Of a stretch of DNA of 40,582 nucleotides, positions 35,047 to 40,582 are shown piece after piece. The number at the start of each line of letters is the position of its first letter. The first letter of the stretch is position 1. Under the pieces are notes generated by a model that made no database searches, was not told where the DNA came from, and saw only the letters and a program-made list of their open reading frames with translations. The stretch comes from a candidate division WOR-3 bacterium (GTDB lineage Bacteria; Hydrothermota; Tepidihabitantia; B3-TA06), in contig CBFGKC010000011.1 of the NCBI GenBank assembly GCA_965649265.1, positions 60,453-101,034 on the forward strand. Reading direction: 5' to 3'. A program made the position numbers and the translations under genes.

Positions 35047-36210
35047 ATGGCTGAAAGGCCAAGGGTTCTGTTTGTCGATGATGAGGAAGCATTTGCCAAT
35101 ACAATGGCAACGTTTCTTTCGTCACACGGCTTTGAAGTTGAAACCGCCTTCGAAGCCAAAAATGCTATCGCACTTGCCGCTTCCAAGAACTATCAAATAA
35201 TTGTTACCGATATCAATATGCCGGGGATGGATGGTATAGAATTGATAAGAACGATAAGAGAAATAAGTCCCGATCAAAGGATCATCGTCTTTACCGGTTT
35301 CCCATCTCATGAATCGCAGGAGGAAGCGTATAAACTTGGTGTTTTGAATTACCTGGTTAAGCCTTTCTCTACTGAACGCTTCCTGGAGTTGCTCAATAAA
35401 GCACTGACCGTAAACGGTGAGGGTCTTTTCGGCCCAGTTGAACTCACGTTTGAGGATCTTATACAGGTTTACTCACAGCAATTGAAATCAATGGTTCTCG
35501 AGATTCAAAACGGCGAAGAAACCGGTCGTATTCATTTCAAAAATGGAAGGATAATACACGCCGAGACCAAAACCAATAAGGGCACCAGTGCATTTTATGA
35601 GATCCAATCGTGGAAAGTAGGGAGATTCAAAACCGAACCAAAAGTAGAGAATGTCACAGAAACCATAGACCTTAGCGTCGACGCGTTAATATTGGAGGGG
35701 GCGAGGCTTCAGGACGAGGAGTCCAAAGAAGCTCCTCCTCCTGTAACGAGCAAAACCCAGAAAAAAACAGAAAAAGTGGGAAAGGACGCAAATAACTCTC
35801 AAAGGAGGAGTTCTATGCCATCTATGATAGAAGAGATCAATTCCGCTCTAAAAGATTTGGCGGAAAACACCCCGGGATTAAGTCTTTCATTGTTGGTCGA
35901 CAATGAAGGCTTGCCCGTAGCGCGCTACTCTTCAATCCAAATCCCCGAAGGAACGGCAGAAAGAGTGGCTGTTGCGTCGTTGGCCATGCTGGGGTTGGCC
36001 CGCCGTAACACGGATCAACTCGGACTTCAAGGTTTCCAGGAAGTGCTTATTAAGGCCGACACCGGTTATGTTTATTCGGTATCGGTAGGTGGTCCTGCAG
36101 GCTACGTTCTTGTGGCCAGAACTGACCAGTCGATCACTCTCGGCGCACTCTTTATGACGGTTCGCACCGCACGCGAACGGATAAACAAAGCTATGGGTAT
36201 AACCCTTTAA
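35047..36210 (+). CDS. Response regulator: REC + DUF4388 (PATAN-like) + C-terminal Roadblock/LC7
   Basis: VDDE, TDINMPGMDG, FTG, VKPF (intact REC). FEDLIQ..GRIHFKNGRIIHA..G..AFYEI..W..GRF..ALILEGARLQDE (DUF4388). From M257, a Roadblock paralogous to 34284..34727. Confidence 0.9.
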   Translation: MAERPRVLFVDDEEAFANTMATFLSSHGFEVETAFEAKNAIALAASKNYQIIVTDINMPGMDGIELIRTIREISPDQRIIVFTGFPSHESQEEAYKLGVLNYLVKPFSTERFLELLNKALTVNGEGLFGPVELTFEDLIQVYSQQLKSMVLEIQNGEETGRIHFKNGRIIHAETKTNKGTSAFYEIQSWKVGRFKTEPKVENVTETIDLSVDALILEGARLQDEESKEAPPPVTSKTQKKTEKVGKDANNSQRRSSMPSMIEEINSALKDLAENTPGLSLSLLVDNEGLPVARYSSIQIPEGTAERVAVASLAMLGLARRNTDQLGLQGFQEVLIKADTGYVYSVSVGGPAGYVLVARTDQSITLGALFMTVRTARERINKAMGITL

Positions 36211-36226
36211 CCCCAAGGAGGTCTAG

Positions 36227-36718
36227 ATGAGTTCAGCGTTAGATCCCTTGACCGATCTTCTTGCCAATTCTCTGTTTGACGGTGCATACAGGGCGACAGG
36301 CTATATTCTCGGACCACAGCAGCTAAAGGCTTTTGTCCGTTCGTTTGCCGAAGTAGCCGTAGAGCACATAGTCAATAAAACTGGGAAATCCATGACCGGT
36401 AAGGACGCTCCCTCGGCAGCTCTTAACTGGGCGACAATAGAAACCGAAATAGGCCTGTATAAACAGGGTCACACCGAAGTTACTCCGTCAAGCGAAGGTT
36501 TTGAAGTAACCTATTCCGACTGTAATTTTGCCGAAGCATGCGGTACGGTACTGGCAGATCTCATTTCTCAAGGAGTAATGGACAGGGAAGACCTGCCGTG
36601 CATGCGTTGCAGTCTTACCTCGGCTGCTGTACAAAAGGCAACCCGAACGAAGTCCAAGTATAAGATGATACAGCATGCCCCTGGTTTCCGCTGTCGCTGC
36701 AGCGTTAATACGCTTTAA
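36227..36718 (+). CDS. Cys-rich V4R-like / methanogen output domain 1 (MetOD1)-like protein
   Basis: AAGGAGG RBS; EVTYSDCNFAEAC, LPCMRC, CRC pattern typical of V4R-related folds. Confidence 0.65.
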   Translation: MSSALDPLTDLLANSLFDGAYRATGYILGPQQLKAFVRSFAEVAVEHIVNKTGKSMTGKDAPSAALNWATIETEIGLYKQGHTEVTPSSEGFEVTYSDCNFAEACGTVLADLISQGVMDREDLPCMRCSLTSAAVQKATRTKSKYKMIQHAPGFRCRCSVNTL

Positions 36719-36737
36719 AAAAATTAAGGAGAAACCA

Positions 36738-37316
36738 ATGGCCCAGCATAATTCTATAATAGTTGAGTCTTATCTGAAGACCTTTACTATTGATGCCGAG
36801 CATTCCCGTATAAGGGTAGGCAATCACGAAGTTGCTTTTCACTGCGACAAATTCAACACGCGCATCATAAAAGGCTTCGAAGACGTTATCGGGATCGAGG
36901 ATTCAGCAAAGCTTCTGGTCGCTTCGGCTGAAAAGACAATCCTCCAGATGTTTAATGATTTCTTTAAGGATGATGTTAAAACTCAGTTCGATTCCCTCTC
37001 ACCCGAAGACAAATTTGCGACCCTTATCGAGATGGGTAAGCTTCTTGGTTACGGAGCAATAGACCCGGCAACTCCAACCGACAAAGGCGGGACGTTTATT
37101 TCTCCCTCTTCGTATCTTGCCGAGGGATGGCTGGAGAACGAAACCCGCTGGAACTGGAAACAGCGCAGCACCCCTGTGTGCTACGACATGTGCGGCTTTA
37201 TTGCCGGAGCGCTGGCTTTTATCTACGGAAAACCCATCGGAACTTACAAGGTGACTGAAACCACCTGTCGCGCAAAGGGCGATTCCGTATGCACCTTCAA
37301 AGCGGAGGTCAAATAA
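36738..37316 (+). CDS. V4R (4-vinyl reductase) domain protein 1
   Basis: FHC..FN, LLGYG, PVCYDMCGFIAGA, VTETTCRAKGDSVCTF. Start re-assigned to ATG 36738 after AAGGAG. Confidence 0.88.
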   Translation: MAQHNSIIVESYLKTFTIDAEHSRIRVGNHEVAFHCDKFNTRIIKGFEDVIGIEDSAKLLVASAEKTILQMFNDFFKDDVKTQFDSLSPEDKFATLIEMGKLLGYGAIDPATPTDKGGTFISPSSYLAEGWLENETRWNWKQRSTPVCYDMCGFIAGALAFIYGKPIGTYKVTETTCRAKGDSVCTFKAEVK

Positions 37317-37317
37317 C

Positions 37318-37929
37318 ATGCCAATCAATGCAGACAAAATCAGAGAAGCCGTTGCCGGATTAGGACTGGTCGGCGATTCAAAGACCGGGATTCTAAGGCG
37401 CTTCGGGGTTATCCTTGCAAACAACTCCGTCGATTTTCTGGTTGGAAGAGAAATAGACCTTATTGACTTTCTCGGCCCCAAGGCCCTCAATCTCGCCGAA
37501 AAGGTTCTTATCGATGCGGCCCAGTGGTGTGCCAACGCCACTTTCGCAGGCATAATGGCGTCGGAAGAATGGAAGGGCCTCATAGAGCCCGAGATAAAAA
37601 CAGTAAACGACAGATTTGCAGGTCTTGTCGCGATAACCAACTGCCTCGGATGGGGCAAGATTACTGAATTCAAGCTCGACGAGGCCGCTCAAACCGTTGA
37701 TTTCACTGTTGATCATTCATACTATGTGGACGCCTGGAAGAAGCGCTTCGGTAAATCTGAAAGACCAATATGCTATATGTGGACCGGTGTCGCAGGCGGC
37801 TACGCGGATTTGCTCTTCAAGGGTGAAGTCCACACTCACCTCGGTATCGAAACGGAATGCGCCGCGGTCAAAGGCAACGTATGCAGATTCAAGGGCGAAC
37901 CGCATTCCAAGAAGTATGACCTTCGATAA
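37318..37929 (+). CDS. V4R domain protein 2
   Basis: LGWG, RPICYMWTGVAGGY, IETECAAVKGNVCRF. Confidence 0.88.
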   Translation: MPINADKIREAVAGLGLVGDSKTGILRRFGVILANNSVDFLVGREIDLIDFLGPKALNLAEKVLIDAAQWCANATFAGIMASEEWKGLIEPEIKTVNDRFAGLVAITNCLGWGKITEFKLDEAAQTVDFTVDHSYYVDAWKKRFGKSERPICYMWTGVAGGYADLLFKGEVHTHLGIETECAAVKGNVCRFKGEPHSKKYDLR

Positions 37930-37941
37930 AGGTGAAATATT

Positions 37942-39135
37942 TTGGATGAAACCAGGCTGCGCGCCCAGTTTCCGGCCCTTTCTAACAACGCAAGGATTTA
38001 TCTGGATAATGCAGCGACCTCGCTTACACCTCAATGCGTGATAAGTGAGGTCGCTCGATATCCAGAGACTTACGGCGTCAACGCGGGGAGGGGGGCTTAT
38101 CAGCTTTCAGCGGAACTGGCAAGAGAGATAGAGTCCGCAAGACAATATATTGCATCATTCGTCGGGGTTGAACCTGATGAAATTGCTTTCACGGCAAACA
38201 CGACTGATGCAATAAACAAGCTGGCTCTGGCTCTTGACTTGCAACCGGAAGATCGAATTGTCATAACCGGCCTCGAGCACCATTCCAACATTCTGCCATG
38301 GAGAGTAGAAGAGAGAAAAAACGGTACAAGGGTTCAAGTATTGCCATTAACAGGTGATGCCGCAATTGACTTCGATGCAGCTGTCAACACGTTGAAAGGA
38401 GCCAGGCTTTTTGCTTTCACGGCCGCTTCAAACGTACTGGGTACGCTTGAGCCAGTTGAGAAATTAACATCCCTGGCAAGGGACAATGGATCGCTCTCTT
38501 TCATTGACGCCGCTCAGCTAGTCGGCCATAAAAAAGTAGACTTCAAAAAGATCGGATGCGATTTTGCGGCATTTTCGGCTCACAAAATCTGCGGTCCTAC
38601 CGGGGTCGGAGTACTTTACGTAAAGAAAGGTGCGGAAAAATTTCTCGACCCCGTCGTCTTGGGGGGAGGTACTGTTAAGGATGTAACCGATTCATCCTAC
38701 ACTTTGCAGGACTTTCCTTCTTCTTTTGAACCCGGAACTATGAATATTTCTGGAATTCTGGGTTTTGCCGAGGCATTAAGATTTCTTAACTCCATTGGGA
38801 TTGAAAACATTGAAAGCAAAATCTCAATGCTGCATAAGAAACTTCTTGACGGGCTTCTTTCGAGACAAGAGGTTGAAATCTACGGGTTAAAGGGAAGTGA
38901 AAATGTGGGCATTGTCTCATTCAACATCAAAGGTTTCACATCTCATCAAGCGGCTTGCCTGTACGATCAAATTGGCGGGATATTACTTCGTTCAGGATAT
39001 CACTGCGCAATACCTCTGGTAAAAACCCTGGGAGACGGTACCGGAACAATAAGGGCATCGATTGCCTTCTACAACAACGAACTGGAGATAGACCGTTTCC
39101 TTGAGGTAACTGACGAAATAATCAAAGGAAAATGA
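37942..39135 (+). CDS. sufS: Group II (SufS-type) cysteine desulfurase, aminotransferase class V
   Basis: YLDNAATS, EHHSN..PW, SNVLG, DAAQ, SAHKICGPTG (PLP Lys), FEPGT, RSGYHCA catalytic Cys, RAS..YN; TTG start. Confidence 0.85.
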   Translation: MDETRLRAQFPALSNNARIYLDNAATSLTPQCVISEVARYPETYGVNAGRGAYQLSAELAREIESARQYIASFVGVEPDEIAFTANTTDAINKLALALDLQPEDRIVITGLEHHSNILPWRVEERKNGTRVQVLPLTGDAAIDFDAAVNTLKGARLFAFTAASNVLGTLEPVEKLTSLARDNGSLSFIDAAQLVGHKKVDFKKIGCDFAAFSAHKICGPTGVGVLYVKKGAEKFLDPVVLGGGTVKDVTDSSYTLQDFPSSFEPGTMNISGILGFAEALRFLNSIGIENIESKISMLHKKLLDGLLSRQEVEIYGLKGSENVGIVSFNIKGFTSHQAACLYDQIGGILLRSGYHCAIPLVKTLGDGTGTIRASIAFYNNELEIDRFLEVTDEIIKGK

Positions 39136-39449
39136 AGCAAATAATTACGATCGCCCGACACGAAGTTCAATACTATAGCACAAATCTTTGTAGTCACGGA
39201 GATGTTGGAGACTACGAGCTTTTTCCCGCCGAAAAGTTGGAAATTAATATAAAGGAGATAGTTGAAAGATATCGTGATAGGACTACTATCAGATGGAGCA
39301 GTCTTGCGGCACAGTTTTCATTAAAAGATGTAAAAGTGTCGCTCTATGCTGAAGGAAGGGTAATTCTTGAAGGGATAAAACCTGACAGTCACGAGGAAGC
39401 TTTCCGGTTTCTTAAAGAGATTCTCTCCGGGAAAACCATTCCGGCTTAG
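39132..39449 (+). CDS. Small protein resembling the C-terminal (TBP-like fold) domain of long MoeB/ThiF proteins
   Basis: ATGA overlap with the desulfurase; LC..YELFP..LEINI..VKVSLYAEGRVILEG..EEA pattern. Confidence 0.6.
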   Translation: MKQIITIARHEVQYYSTNLCSHGDVGDYELFPAEKLEINIKEIVERYRDRTTIRWSSLAAQFSLKDVKVSLYAEGRVILEGIKPDSHEEAFRFLKEILSGKTIPA

Positions 39450-39539
39450 ATACTACAACCTACTGAATAAAGTAGGGAACAATCCTTATTGACCACTGCA
39501 TTTTTTTTATCATGATTAGACGTAACAGGAGGATGAACT

Positions 39540-39797
39540 ATGAGTACTCTTAAAACCATTGATCGGAGAAGAGGCCGACGAAAGAATCAAAAGCTCAACG
39601 ATTTTCTCGTCGAGCTTTATGAGGATGTAATGCCGTCTGTTGTTGATAGAGGCACAAGTCACAAAAAAGTCCGGAAAACGAAAAACCATGGCGCAGGCGA
39701 TCCCGCCGGTTTTGACTGGGGACATTTTTTCCCTCCCAATGCCTCAGGAAATACTCTTGTCAAGATCATAAAAAGCAAGGCATTATTTTTGGAGTAA
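39540..39797 (+). CDS. Small basic hypothetical protein
   Basis: AGGAGG RBS; candidate promoter TTGACC-N16-CATGAT at 39489-39516; 85 aa, Arg/Lys-rich. Confidence 0.5.
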   Translation: MSTLKTIDRRRGRRKNQKLNDFLVELYEDVMPSVVDRGTSHKKVRKTKNHGAGDPAGFDWGHFFPPNASGNTLVKIIKSKALFLE

Positions 39798-39908
39798 CGG
39801 TACACACTTAACAGCTGTCCGTATTAGACCCCTATTTTCTCATAACAAAATCACAGACGTCATTTATCTTTCCGATTTGCTACTTCGCCTCTGAACCGAT
39901 ATTTAATA

Positions 39909-39936
39909 TTGACACCTACACTCCGTCAATTATAAT
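39909..39936 (+). promoter_or_regulatory. Consensus promoter TTGACA-N16-TATAAT
   Basis: Perfect hexamers; overlapped by the inverted repeat ATTGAC-N11-GTCAAT. Confidence 0.8.
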
Positions 39937-40054
39937 GAATCCACAATAGGTAGGCTTTAATACAAGGAGAAAGTATTTGGATGAATAAAAGAGGGCTATT
40001 TATTTTAATCCTTGCTGGATATTGTTTGCTTTCATCGGCAACAAAGGGCGACTA

Positions 40055-40582
40055 GTGCTGGAAAGATTAAAAATACTTCTCGTTGATGATGAAGCAGACT
40101 TCGTGGAAACCATATCAATGCTTCTCATCTCCCAGGGGTACGAGGTAGAAACCGCACTTACAGGTGAGCAGGCTTTATCGTTAATAAACTCCGGCAATTT
40201 TCACCTTCTGGTCGCAGATATAAACATGCCTAAAATGGATGGAATAGAATTAATACGAAAGGTAAAGGGCATCCAACCGGATATTCGCACGATAATAGTT
40301 ACCGGCTTCCCCTCAAATGAGATTCAAGCTGAGGCGCTCGCTCTCCACGTCAACAATATGCTTATCAAACCTTTTTCTACCGAAAGATTTCTTGAGATCA
40401 TCAACAATACGTTTCATAAAAACGAAATAGAGAACAGAACAGGATTAATTGGGCCGGTTGAACTTACGTGTCAGGATTTGATTCAAATGTACGCGGTGGA
40501 TGGCAGATCATTAACATTGGAGATACGACATTTAGATGATGTAGGGCGTATATACTTCAATAAAGGAAAAGTCATCAATTCT
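40055..40582 (+). CDS. Second REC + DUF4388 response regulator, truncated by window end (absent from ORF track)
   Basis: Hand translation from GTG 40055: LKILLVDDEADF..ADINMPKMDGIELIR..VTGFPS..KPFSTERFLE..GPVELTCQDLIQ..GRIYFNKGKV; clear paralog of 35047..36210. Confidence 0.9.
   Translation, partial: MLERLKILLVDDEADFVETISMLLISQGYEVETALTGEQALSLINSGNFHLLVADINMPKMDGIELIRKVKGIQPDIRTIIVTGFPSNEIQAEALALHVNNMLIKPFSTERFLEIINNTFHKNEIENRTGLIGPVELTCQDLIQMYAVDGRSLTLEIRHLDDVGRIYFNKGKVINS

Noticed and set aside
1051-38337. Numerous antisense or alternate-frame ORFs in the track (e.g. 1256..1867, 31587..32243, 36999..37673)
   Set aside because: They shadow well-supported genes and have no recognisable motifs.

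Overview
Gene-dense chromosomal window from a diderm, probably anaerobic bacterium of an FCB-related candidate lineage (WOR-3/TA06-like). The lineage is an inference from a SprA-like barrel, a PNPFNP/FlgD-type sorting tail and the fermentative gene content. Left: one long housekeeping/fermentation operon (SprA-like fragment, comEA, ruvX, mltG, buk, iorAB, sirtuin, radical SAM), then two paralogous unknown outer-membrane proteins and a secreted alpha/beta hydrolase. Middle: a trehalose/stress island (DUF5752-treT, hsp20, otsAB), a DNA-repair radical SAM gene, tRNA-Asn and tRNA-Lys flanking an S8 protease with an inserted propeller-like domain, and an atypical Fpg/Nei, GyrI-like, xth, M23 and zupT. 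Right: the most striking system, an apparently uncharacterised signalling cluster. It encodes a Roadblock, a REC-DUF4388-Roadblock fusion with an internal RBS/start, a Cys-rich V4R/MetOD1-like protein, two V4R proteins, a SufS-type cysteine desulfurase, a stand-alone MoeB-C-terminal-like domain and a second REC-DUF4388 gene cut by the window edge. Intergenic DNA carries several families of small dispersed elements. Two of them share one design (short tandem repeats flanking a twin-hairpin core), and the 9-mer of one also occurs in-frame inside a gene. Promoters show a strong bias to 16-bp spacers and several appear leaderless. No CRISPR, rRNA, transposase or prophage was seen. All family calls are from motif recognition, not database searches.
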